Source: Ignavibacteria bacterium (GTDB taxonomy: Bacteria > Bacteroidota > Ignavibacteria > Tepidaquicellales > OLB5). Taken from it: 40,755 nt of DNA. Below, piece by piece: positions 1-7,759 of the stretch. The translations under genes were made by a program, and so were the position numbers. Position 1 is the first letter of the stretch. Every line of letters begins with the position of its first letter. The DNA lies in contig JABFSP010000224.1 of assembly GCA_013140565.1 (NCBI GenBank), forward strand, positions 1 through 40,755, given 5' to 3'. A model generated the notes under the pieces. The model saw only the letters and a program-made list of their open reading frames with translations. It had not been told where the DNA came from and made no database searches.

Positions 1-141
1 ATGTGAATTTTGAATCAAAGAAAAATGCTGTTAATCACTTAAATTATAGCCAGTATTTATGAAAAAAGTATCATGGAATGATACTCTTACACAAAATAGA
101 ATTATTATATTTACATCAGTTAATAAGCAAAAATAAAAATT

Positions 142-414
142 ATGACATTTTATAAAGGTTTTACAATTGAGGGTATGAATCATATTTTATGCGGATTTGA
201 TTTCGAGGCAAGGAAATCATACAGGGATTCAAACAGAAGTATTACAATTAGAGCAGGCTTCAAAAACATTGAAAATGTTAATGATACCTTCAAAGAAATG
301 CTTAAAATAGTTGACACAATAGAACCTAAGCTTCCAAAAGAGATTAATGTTACAAAATTGCTGAAAAATGAATCAATAGCCAAATTTAGGATCGAAACTG
401 ATATACTGGATTAA
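142..414 (+). CDS. hypothetical protein
   Basis: 90 aa ORF ending at a bidirectional terminator. Confidence 0.7.
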   Translation: MTFYKGFTIEGMNHILCGFDFEARKSYRDSNRSITIRAGFKNIENVNDTFKEMLKIVDTIEPKLPKEINVTKLLKNESIAKFRIETDILD

Positions 415-439
415 AAAAGCCGGGTTTAACCGGCTTTTA
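413..439. terminator. bidirectional intrinsic terminator
   Basis: AAAAGCCGG-GTTTAA-CCGGCTTTT between convergent ORFs. Confidence 0.85.
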
Positions 440-440
440 T

Positions 441-800
441 TTAATACTTTTTCTTAGATTTCCGCAAGTAGTAACCGGCTTCACGCAGATCAGCTGTTGC
501 TGAAAAGTAATTCCAAACACTACCAATAAATCCAATTATTCCAGGGATGAACACCACAGGATTTATGTTTCCATCTTCTGTCTTGTCTACTGTCGCAATT
601 AATACACCAGTTGTAAGTGAGCCAACAAAACCAAAGAACCAGGCTTGACTAAAACCACCTGCAGCATCTTGCATTAATCTGCCAGCCATATCAATATTGT
701 ATTCCGCATCATTAAATCGTTTTTCAATCTTGGATGTATCCGTCTGAGCTATTGTGTTTGTTGTAAGAGTTAATGCTAAAACTAATAATAAAGTTTTCAT
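441..800 (-). CDS. exported/membrane protein (signal peptide + two hydrophobic segments), moron-like
   Basis: Start moved to MKTLLLVLALTLTTNTIAQ; GGAGG SD upstream; TATATTTG promoter motif at 830-837 on the minus strand. Confidence 0.75.
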   Translation of the reverse strand: MKTLLLVLALTLTTNTIAQTDTSKIEKRFNDAEYNIDMAGRLMQDAAGGFSQAWFFGFVGSLTTGVLIATVDKTEDGNINPVVFIPGIIGFIGSVWNYFSATADLREAGYYLRKSKKKY

Positions 801-1040
801 TTTGCCTCCATTTAAGTTATTGGGATATACAAATATAAGCATCTGAATGTATATTAAACACGGTATATAACCCTTGAGAGGCTTCAGGCAAATCAAGTAG
901 GATTTTATCACGGACAATAATTCAAAAACCGATGGTAAACAAGTTAGCTGAAATTGTGATTTTTTCTCGGAAAAATGCTTAAAACAGTTCGGAATAAACG
1001 TGTTTAATTAAAATTAAACAAAATTCGCTAAAAACGGGTA

Positions 1041-1072
1041 TTGTGGATACGGGATCCTATAGCGTATCTTTG
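1041..1072 (+). promoter_or_regulatory. putative promoter of the tRNA-like transcript with internal inverted repeat
   Basis: TTGTGG (1041) ... TATCTTTG (1065-1072, TAnnTTTG motif); GATACG/CGTATC inverted repeat at 1046-1068. Confidence 0.55.
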
Positions 1073-1149
1073 TGCTCTACCAAACTCGCATACCATCCTC
1101 AAAAGTGGTATGAGCATGCTCAGGGTTTCGAAATTATCAAAAAAAGGGG

Positions 1150-1180
1150 AAAGGGTGAAGAAATTCACCCTTTTTCTGTT
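1150..1180 (+). terminator. terminator/attenuator hairpin upstream of the tRNA-like gene
   Basis: AAAGGGTGAA-GAAA-TTCACCCTTT followed by TTCTGTT. Confidence 0.7.
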
Positions 1181-1189
1181 AAAAGAAGT

Positions 1190-1264
1190 GCCCTCGTAGG
1201 AAAACAGGATCAAACCGCGAGTTTGGTAGACTTGAGCATGTGGGTTCGAATCCCACCGAGGGTA
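1190..1264 (+). tRNA. tRNA-Thr(GGT) or tRNA-like RNA with degenerate D-arm; CCA not encoded
   Basis: Acceptor GCCCTCG/CGAGGGT; anticodon stem CGAGT/ACTTG with loop TTGGTAG (GGT at 1225-1227); T-arm GTGGG-TTCGAAT-CCCAC; D-stem only GG/CC. Confidence 0.8.
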
Positions 1265-1316
1265 CTACTTATATATTAAAAACAACATATCCTATTTGAA
1301 AGTTTTCGTAGAGTTG

Positions 1317-1347
1317 TTTGCCACGAATTATCCACGGATTTACCACA
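1317..1347 (+). repeat. three 9-mer direct repeats at 11-bp period
   Basis: TTTGCCACG (1317), TTATCCACG (1328), TTTACCACA (1339). Confidence 0.55.
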
Positions 1348-1382
1348 GACGTTAATACAAGTGTTTTCATAAGATAAATAAT

Positions 1383-1411
1383 AAAATAGCCAGTTGGAAA
1401 CTGGCTATTTT
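1383..1411. terminator. bidirectional terminator between the tRNA-like gene and the HEPN gene
   Basis: AAAATAGCCAGTT-GGA-AACTGGCTATTTT. Confidence 0.85.
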
Positions 1412-1896
1412 AAAACATCTATATACTTAATTTCCTTTTGCACTAGCCCCGGACATCTCATTTTTATTCTGCTTTTTATGAGCTTTCCTGGATATTTTTG
1501 ATTCAGAAAATGAATTAGATTATCCAAGTTCTTGATTGCTTTCAGCAAATGTTTATCATAGGTGAAGAATGCTCTTGTTTCGGTTGTTTTAATTTTGTCA
1601 TTACATAGATACCTCGATCTCTTTGATAACATTAAGAGTTTTTTATAAGAAAGATAAACCTCCTCAGATAATTTGCATTTACTGTTACCATTAAAAGGAT
1701 TTAAACAATTATCGACATCAACATGAGACCTGTAGTGGTGATTTATCTGGGAGGCAATGTGCGCGTTGACAAAGTGAACTGCTATATAAAATGCAGTAGT
1801 AACTTGCCAATCATAACAGTTATCGAAACCATTAATTTTTTCTAAAAATAATAAATTATGATTGGATTGATTAACATGTTCGGTAAAGTCTGCCAT
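1405..1896 (-). CDS. HEPN-domain protein (putative RNase toxin)
   Basis: Pattern H..QS.HN...DWQVTTAFYIAVH...RSH...SKRSRY resembles the UPF0332/HEPN-type FY..H, H and R..RY signature. Confidence 0.65.
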   Translation of the reverse strand: MADFTEHVNQSNHNLLFLEKINGFDNCYDWQVTTAFYIAVHFVNAHIASQINHHYRSHVDVDNCLNPFNGNSKCKLSEEVYLSYKKLLMLSKRSRYLCNDKIKTTETRAFFTYDKHLLKAIKNLDNLIHFLNQKYPGKLIKSRIKMRCPGLVQKEIKYIDVLK

Positions 1897-1913
1897 TTAT
1901 TTGAAAGGGTTAT

Positions 1914-2420
1914 TTAGCTATTAATTACTGGTAAAATATCACTGTAATGTGGTGGCAAACTCAGCTCGTCGCTTTGTTCAACAATAGTAGAAGAGATATG
2001 AAACCCTTTACTGCAAAATTTAGCATTCACTTTTGCTTCTGCTAATAACAATGCATTTTCGCTGATTTCGTCATCATCTTTAATTTCAGCCCAAACTAAT
2101 ATTTTAGAGTTTGACAATCTAAATGCTAGTTTTAAAGCTGAATTAGTCAAAATCAAATTTAATACTTCTACAATATATGCTTTTGTAATTTCAGAAATAT
2201 AATATTTGAAAATAAACTCTCTATTGTAATTAATGAGCTTGGCTGCATCACCGGCCATAAGAGAGTCATAATAACTAATCTTATCTGGATCTGCTGTATT
2301 AGTTTTCAGGGCCAATTCGTCTACACGAATTCCATGAACGGTTTCTGCAATAAAGCTATTGAACCAGGCTTCTTTTGTAGTAAAGGCTGTTTTTGTAGTA
2401 TTTGTTTTTGTTTCGCTCAT
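1914..2420 (-). CDS. hypothetical protein; candidate HEPN partner/antitoxin (possibly degenerate MNT-like C-terminus)
   Basis: 17 nt upstream of the HEPN gene, same strand; C-terminal ILVWAEIKDDD-helix-strand pattern; no GSxxxG/DxD motif. Confidence 0.45.
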   Translation of the reverse strand: MSETKTNTTKTAFTTKEAWFNSFIAETVHGIRVDELALKTNTADPDKISYYDSLMAGDAAKLINYNREFIFKYYISEITKAYIVEVLNLILTNSALKLAFRLSNSKILVWAEIKDDDEISENALLLAEAKVNAKFCSKGFHISSTIVEQSDELSLPPHYSDILPVINS

Positions 2421-2595
2421 TTTTGTAATAAATTATTCATTCCAAAAAAATGAATGTATTACTAAAGTTAATAAACAAATTTAAATCAAAATTTGTTCTT
2501 GTGAAATAACGATTCTATAGTAATTTTTGAGAATTGTATGGAAAAGGTAGATAATAGACATATTATCTTAATGTTTGGTACCCCTCTCCGTGATA

Positions 2596-2625
2596 CAAAT
2601 ATAGGTAATTTTTTAAATATGTCAA
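2596..2625 (-). promoter_or_regulatory. promoter of the HEPN operon
   Basis: TTGACA-N16-TATATTTG on the minus strand, downstream of the lysis terminator. Confidence 0.7.
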
Positions 2626-2795
2626 ATGAAATTACAACTTGTTACACCAAAAAGGCTAAAATTGTAAAATTTAGAGCTTTTTTATATCAATTTTTCAATA
2701 AAAATCCTTACAAAATAAAGTATGAGAAATCAATACCTAACTCTTTGTCTTGATTTCTCATTTATGCACTTCAAATTAAGCAATTTTGGGGCCAT

Positions 2796-2827
2796 AAAAA
2801 AAGCCGGTGGTTCTAATTCCGGCTTTT
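2796..2827 (-). terminator. terminator ending the late/lysis operon
   Basis: AAAAGCCGG...CCGGCTTTT with T7 tract on the minus strand. Confidence 0.8.
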
Positions 2828-2866
2828 CTGTACTACTGGAGGCGATGCGACATGTCAGGAAGGATC

Positions 2867-3748
2867 TTATTTATACAACTGATGCCATTTACCTACAGCC
2901 CAAACCTGTGAAACAGGCCTGATACGTTTGAACACACCAAAACCCTCAGCACTTCCATCATTATTTGTATTACCCTCAATAGTGGTTACTATACCTTTAA
3001 CCAGATCAATACCTATTATAATAAATACATGCCTTGCATTGTTTCGGCTTGGGGAATAAATATATCCGAAATCACCAATTTCAATCTGACCTTTTTTAAC
3101 CGATTTAAACCCTGCATTTTTCTTTACTGCAAAGTTTACATTATCGGGTGTATATCCACTACAGGTCCATTTATAATCATGTTTGAGCTGCTTTAAGAGC
3201 CAATTCATAAAGAACTGGCACCACGGAGCACCTGTAGATATTGCACCGCAACTTCCGATCCTTTGATATTCATTTACTCTTTTACCGCCATTGTTATGTG
3301 GTTTCTCTTCAACAGTACCGATTTCAGCCTTTGCGAACTTAATGACTTGAGTAATGAAATCAACTTCACCTGCAGCAACAGGTTCCGGATCCTGAATAGG
3401 AAATGTATCCGGTTTAATATTTACTTTGTACCATTCAACAAGCTCTTCATAATGATTAAGAACATACCAATCAGAATAATTGAATACGCCATCAATGGCA
3501 AAAGGATAATTGTTTTTGATATCATCCGGTATCGGCAGCTGATACAAAGTTACTGCATCCTGCACTTTGGTTTGAAATGATTCCAAACATTCCTGCGTGA
3601 CTTCACCGAAATAATCTGAATCATCCAATTCACGGACCTTTCCATCTAGGAAACAGGTACCATAACCAAGTTGAATTAACCTGGCTTTCATAGAACCAAC
3701 TTCGGGCATTGTATCACCCAGTTTTAAATCATATTTAAAAGGTAACAT
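2867..3748 (-). CDS. endolysin: N-terminal peptidoglycan-binding-like region + C-terminal CHAP domain
   Basis: PWCQFF, HVFII and TIEGNT CHAP motifs; L.LGD...L..LGY...FG..T...FQ PG-binding pattern; start moved to MLPFK. Confidence 0.85.
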   Translation of the reverse strand: MLPFKYDLKLGDTMPEVGSMKARLIQLGYGTCFLDGKVRELDDSDYFGEVTQECLESFQTKVQDAVTLYQLPIPDDIKNNYPFAIDGVFNYSDWYVLNHYEELVEWYKVNIKPDTFPIQDPEPVAAGEVDFITQVIKFAKAEIGTVEEKPHNNGGKRVNEYQRIGSCGAISTGAPWCQFFMNWLLKQLKHDYKWTCSGYTPDNVNFAVKKNAGFKSVKKGQIEIGDFGYIYSPSRNNARHVFIIIGIDLVKGIVTTIEGNTNNDGSAEGFGVFKRIRPVSQVWAVGKWHQLYK

Positions 3749-3752
3749 AGTC

Positions 3753-4160
3753 TTATTTTTTAATGAATAGTTTATAAATGAAGTATGAAATAACTGTAAT
3801 TGCTGAACCACCTGCAGCGAACCAATACCAATCCGGATTAGCTTTAATTATCACCTTTGGCATCGCCTGTTCAAGCTTTAGAGCCTCCTGAATCTCAAGG
3901 ATCGATTTTTCAAGCCGGGTAATTGTGTAATTATAATTTGATTTATCCTGCAGACGTGTTTCTTTTTCCTTGTAATAAGCAGCCTTGAATGCATTTAACT
4001 CCACGCGTGCAATTTCAAAACCCTGAATTTGCTGGTCAGTGATGCAATGACAAGTATCACCAGCCTGTGTTAGGCTGTTTGTTTGCTCCTGCGATTGAAT
4101 CAGCCCAGGAAAGGATAGAAACAATACGCTTATTATCAGGCTTAGTTTTAATGATTTCAT
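3753..4160 (-). CDS. spanin-like protein (signal peptide, coiled coil, C-terminal TM)
   Basis: MKSLKLSLIISVLFLSFPGLIQSQ; overlaps the upstream gene; lies in the lysis cassette. Confidence 0.5.
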   Translation of the reverse strand: MKSLKLSLIISVLFLSFPGLIQSQEQTNSLTQAGDTCHCITDQQIQGFEIARVELNAFKAAYYKEKETRLQDKSNYNYTITRLEKSILEIQEALKLEQAMPKVIIKANPDWYWFAAGGSAITVISYFIYKLFIKK

Positions 4161-4419
4161 TTTTGCTTTTGGTTGAATTGTTAAAAATGTTTTGAATTGT
4201 GACATTATGCACTGAGTCCCGTTGAGAAATTGCCAGCATAGAATCCAATGCGACCTTTTGAAGTGAATCGCTTTTATTCAAATGCTGAATAACAAGTTCC
4301 TTCAGCTTTGATGTTTCCTGTTCCTGCGGATCCTTATTGCAGGAATTTACAGTGAAAGCCGTTGCAATTATGGCAATTACAACGACCCCCAACAAAATAT
4401 AAAATTGAGTGTTATTCAT
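4057..4419 (-). CDS. spanin-like membrane/lipoprotein
   Basis: N-terminal hydrophobic helix ending VNSC, helical periplasmic part, overlapped by the next gene. Confidence 0.5.
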   Translation of the reverse strand: MNNTQFYILLGVVVIAIIATAFTVNSCNKDPQEQETSKLKELVIQHLNKSDSLQKVALDSMLAISQRDSVHNVTIQNIFNNSTKSKNEIIKTKPDNKRIVSILSWADSIAGANKQPNTGW

Positions 4420-4811
4420 GGTTTTGGCTCCGGCTCTTTTACAGTTGTTGTTTTCGTTACTTCATTGGTAACTTCTACACCATCTTCTTTTTTTGTGGTT
4501 TTGAAGTATGTACCAATCTCACTGATAACTTTTCCGGTACCTGCTGACATCAGTTTTTGGAATATCTTATATGCCCCATAACCCAAAACCATAAATACAA
4601 TGAACTGAATAGAATCACCAACCCATGATTTAGCCGGTTCGATATGGATGAATAATTCAGTAGCAAACCAGAATATCGAAACTAAAATTAGATTAAAAGC
4701 AGCGAATTTCTTATCGATAGCAACTTTTTTAACTAACCAAGCTTCTAGAATTCCCAGTAACCACCCGGCAAAAATGAACTCATTTAAACTCCAAGCCATG
4801 TGTTCAATCAT
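4416..4811 (-). CDS. putative holin (3 TM)
   Basis: Three hydrophobic segments, charged C-terminal tail, upstream of spanins and endolysin. Confidence 0.6.
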   Translation of the reverse strand: MIEHMAWSLNEFIFAGWLLGILEAWLVKKVAIDKKFAAFNLILVSIFWFATELFIHIEPAKSWVGDSIQFIVFMVLGYGAYKIFQKLMSAGTGKVISEIGTYFKTTKKEDGVEVTNEVTKTTTVKEPEPKP

Positions 4812-4822
4812 TTTAACCCCCT

Positions 4823-5062
4823 TTATTTTTTATGTAAAAACTTATCTTCATTTAAGAGCTCTTTCAATTTAGTATCACGGTACCTTGCATACCCGTTCTG
4901 AAAACTCTTTTCAAGTGCGTAATCTGTAGATTCCCATTTAAATTCAAGCAATTTCAAACGCCTCAAAATTTTATTTATTTGAGCAAGTATCAAAGTTGCT
5001 AAAACAATAAATAACCATTTTGCAATTTCAGTAACAACCGGACTTTTAAAAAATTCTTCCAT
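4823..5062 (-). CDS. small single-TM lysis-cassette protein
   Basis: WLFIVLATLILAQI TM followed by a charged helix. Confidence 0.55.
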   Translation of the reverse strand: MEEFFKSPVVTEIAKWLFIVLATLILAQINKILRRLKLLEFKWESTDYALEKSFQNGYARYRDTKLKELLNEDKFLHKK

Positions 5063-5520
5063 TAAAATATTATCGTTATTATTATTGAAATAAGTATTCC
5101 TAGCAATGCACTTACATTAAACTTAGCAACTGTAAAACCATTTTTAAAAACGAAATGACCACTGAACCAAATAGGGGTTAACCAAAAAGGATCCTCATTG
5201 TTGGTTTCCAGCCGCTTTATGTTTTGCTCCTGACCATTGAATATGTAATACAGCCTATCCAACAGCATGAAGTAATGACAGATCAGGCAAGCTACAACAC
5301 ACCAGAAACCACCGAAAATGAATACTGCCGTTAATCCACCCAGCTCTACAGCTTTCTGAAATATCCTGTAGCGAATTGGAACGTCTCTATCGAACCATTT
5401 ATATGATTTGAACAGCCAATTGAAATATCCCTTTTCACCCCGGCCATAGAAATAGCTGTCAAAGCCTGAAGTAAAAAGCACGTATACTGCGATTGAAATT
5501 ATTTGTTTTAGATTTTCCAT
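5062..5520 (-). CDS. membrane protein of unknown function
   Basis: Three to four hydrophobic segments; coupled to the next gene. Confidence 0.6.
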   Translation of the reverse strand: MENLKQIISIAVYVLFTSGFDSYFYGRGEKGYFNWLFKSYKWFDRDVPIRYRIFQKAVELGGLTAVFIFGGFWCVVACLICHYFMLLDRLYYIFNGQEQNIKRLETNNEDPFWLTPIWFSGHFVFKNGFTVAKFNVSALLGILISIIITIIF

Positions 5521-5540
5521 TTTGGATTCAATAGTTAATT

Positions 5541-6446
5541 TTATGGTGTATATCCCGGAACTAAATATTCAGTACCGTTTTCATCTTTTATTAAGAACCA
5601 TTTATTAGGTATAGAAAGATAAGTGGCTTCTGTTGTACCTATATAGCTTGATACTCCCAAACTTGCAGATGGAGTATTTACATATGAGGCTGAATTAATC
5701 CAAATGTTATCTGTTTTTATACCTCCATCACCACGCAGAGCAGTTAAATAACTTCCTTCTATTAGATTAATTTCTTCGCCTACTACATCACTGTTTATTC
5801 TAAGTCTTTGCGTTCCGTCTGAAGTAAATACAATCTGACCTGAATTGGGAGCGGTTATATGAGTATTTTCATCATCCTGCCAAGAATAACCGTTTCCAAT
5901 TGTACCGTTATTGTTATAGCCCATAACCAGCCCGGTCCCATCCCCAAGATACATTGCAGTTTGCTGAATCTTAATAGCATCTGCACTATCAGCTTGAATT
6001 AATAGAGTACCAGAAATGCTGTTAATTGTATCAACTGCGGCTTGCCTTAAAACTGTTATTCCTGTAAATGTATTTGAACTATCCTTATACGCATAACCAC
6101 TCAGATTTGGAGAGTAATAAACTGTATCAGCTGATACATCGTAGCTTATAAGCAATCTTACGGTGGCTGTATCTTTGCCATAAAATACATTTCTATTTAC
6201 GGCATATGAATAAAAACCATTTTCACCAACAGTGATTTGCCACAAAGATGTATCAATGGATGTGTAGTCGTATGTTAATGGTATCCTTAAGCTTCCTGCA
6301 GCAACACCGTTATACACGGTCCTGTTTACAAGTTCCTCATAAAATCCGCTTTTACTCTTAACAAGAGAAAAATTGACCGTATCAAGTGTTTGCCCAAATG
6401 CTTCTAAGCTAATGATTGAAAGAATTAAAATGATTATTTTTTTCAT
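5541..6446 (-). CDS. tail fibre/spike-position beta-rich protein with Sec-type signal peptide
   Basis: MKKIIILILSIISLEAFGQ; YAYKDSSNTFTG and IVFTSDGTQRLRI fibre-like motifs; C-terminal YLVPGY. Confidence 0.6.
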   Translation of the reverse strand: MKKIIILILSIISLEAFGQTLDTVNFSLVKSKSGFYEELVNRTVYNGVAAGSLRIPLTYDYTSIDTSLWQITVGENGFYSYAVNRNVFYGKDTATVRLLISYDVSADTVYYSPNLSGYAYKDSSNTFTGITVLRQAAVDTINSISGTLLIQADSADAIKIQQTAMYLGDGTGLVMGYNNNGTIGNGYSWQDDENTHITAPNSGQIVFTSDGTQRLRINSDVVGEEINLIEGSYLTALRGDGGIKTDNIWINSASYVNTPSASLGVSSYIGTTEATYLSIPNKWFLIKDENGTEYLVPGYTP

Positions 6447-6454
6447 AATGTTAT

Positions 6455-7747
6455 TTAATAAATATTTATAGCGGTGGTTTGGGTTTTCCAAACCTCGTGA
6501 ATTAGTGAACTGCCTGTCTGGTGATTATGTGCCATTAAGTAAACCGGGTTATTAGTTCCTTGCCTGTAGAATAAACAAGTAACCGTGACCGTCATAGCTC
6601 CACCTGAAGTGACCAGTGATTCATAGCGGTGTGTTACGGTTTGAGTTGCTAGTCTTGATGAACCAGGCAAGGATCCATCATCAAGTTCAACTGTTATGCT
6701 ATCTGTAGATGCACCATTGAAGTCAACAAAATTCACAGTGAATACACTTGTAATCATGTACAAGCCCGGCCTTGGAAGTGTTAGAGTATCCATAATTGCA
6801 GGTGAGGTTGTCAAAGCTCTCAGATCTTCAAGCTCTTTGAAATAGCCATTATTCACGTTGTAATATTCCAATTCTGAAACGACCGTTCCATTAGTTATTC
6901 TCTGATATTTCCCCTTTGAACCTAAACTATCCCAAATAGGATTTTTATAATTTGGAATTACGTCAGTAAAAGTCTTTCTGTAATTATTTTCACTTGCATC
7001 TGTGGAATCATAATAAACTGTAACTGCCTCATGAAAAGCGGTACTATCCTGAGTTGAACCAACCCCAAGTCCGATGGTTTCATCGTAAGTAATTTCATTT
7101 ATATTAACAGGAATTGGAGGAGTTGTATTATTATAGCCTACCCACTTATAACCGGGTAATAATCTCATTTTGAATCCGTTAATCCACCATTTTTTTTCAC
7201 CATAAATACTATCTCCAAAAGCGCGGGATATTAAACCATTATTACTCCATGCTGAATAATCCGTAACCCATGGGGAGCCTGAAAATATATATGGTTTATT
7301 CCATGTTTCAGTACCATCAAGTTTCAACCAGTCACCTGATGAAATTGTTTTGTTTCCGCTAATTCCCGTTACTGAACCTACTTTTAAAATATAATTTCCA
7401 AGCTGAGTTGTAAGCAAACTGGTTATCCACGGAACAATATCACCTACATATAAACCGTTTGTTCCACCCCACCATGTCTGTTCAACCCCTGAAAAAAAGA
7501 ACTTTGCTTTTTCAAATGTTGTAAAACCATTTACAATATAATTTCCAGCCGTTCCCGTTTCAGTTACAGTTAATCCACTGATAACATCACCGCCGCCAAA
7601 AGGTGAACGTCTGAATGTTATGTTTGCAGCCTGACCTGTATGTGGCAAACCTTCAGCTGTTACAAGTCTTAAAGGAACACTTTCATACTGCGAATAAGCA
7701 GTTGAACAAAGTAAAAATAAAGCAAATGCAAAAAATAATTTTTTCAT
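6455..7747 (-). CDS. tail fibre/receptor-binding-position protein with Sec-type signal peptide
   Basis: MKKLFFAFALFLLCSTAYSQ; C-terminal TLTLPRPGLYMITS beta-sandwich (C1q/TNF-like) pattern. Confidence 0.6.
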   Translation of the reverse strand: MKKLFFAFALFLLCSTAYSQYESVPLRLVTAEGLPHTGQAANITFRRSPFGGGDVISGLTVTETGTAGNYIVNGFTTFEKAKFFFSGVEQTWWGGTNGLYVGDIVPWITSLLTTQLGNYILKVGSVTGISGNKTISSGDWLKLDGTETWNKPYIFSGSPWVTDYSAWSNNGLISRAFGDSIYGEKKWWINGFKMRLLPGYKWVGYNNTTPPIPVNINEITYDETIGLGVGSTQDSTAFHEAVTVYYDSTDASENNYRKTFTDVIPNYKNPIWDSLGSKGKYQRITNGTVVSELEYYNVNNGYFKELEDLRALTTSPAIMDTLTLPRPGLYMITSVFTVNFVDFNGASTDSITVELDDGSLPGSSRLATQTVTHRYESLVTSGGAMTVTVTCLFYRQGTNNPVYLMAHNHQTGSSLIHEVWKTQTTAINIY

Positions 7748-7759
7748 ATTGATTATAAT

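Noticed and set aside
1069-1090. Minus-strand AGTTTGGTAGAGCA looks like a tRNA D-loop
   Set aside because: No cloverleaf can be built on that strand; better explained as the antisense match to the plus-strand tRNA
1076-1230. 14-bp inverted repeat as the ends of an invertible DNA segment
   Set aside because: No invertase is visible and inversion would destroy the tRNA; RNA pairing is more parsimonious
1028-1279. ORFs 1043..1279 (+) and 1028..1213 (-)
   Set aside because: They overlap the promoter, terminator and tRNA; likely spurious
2538-2922. Plus-strand ORFs 2538..2753 and 2722..2922
   Set aside because: They cross a promoter and a terminator of the opposite strand and lack protein-like features
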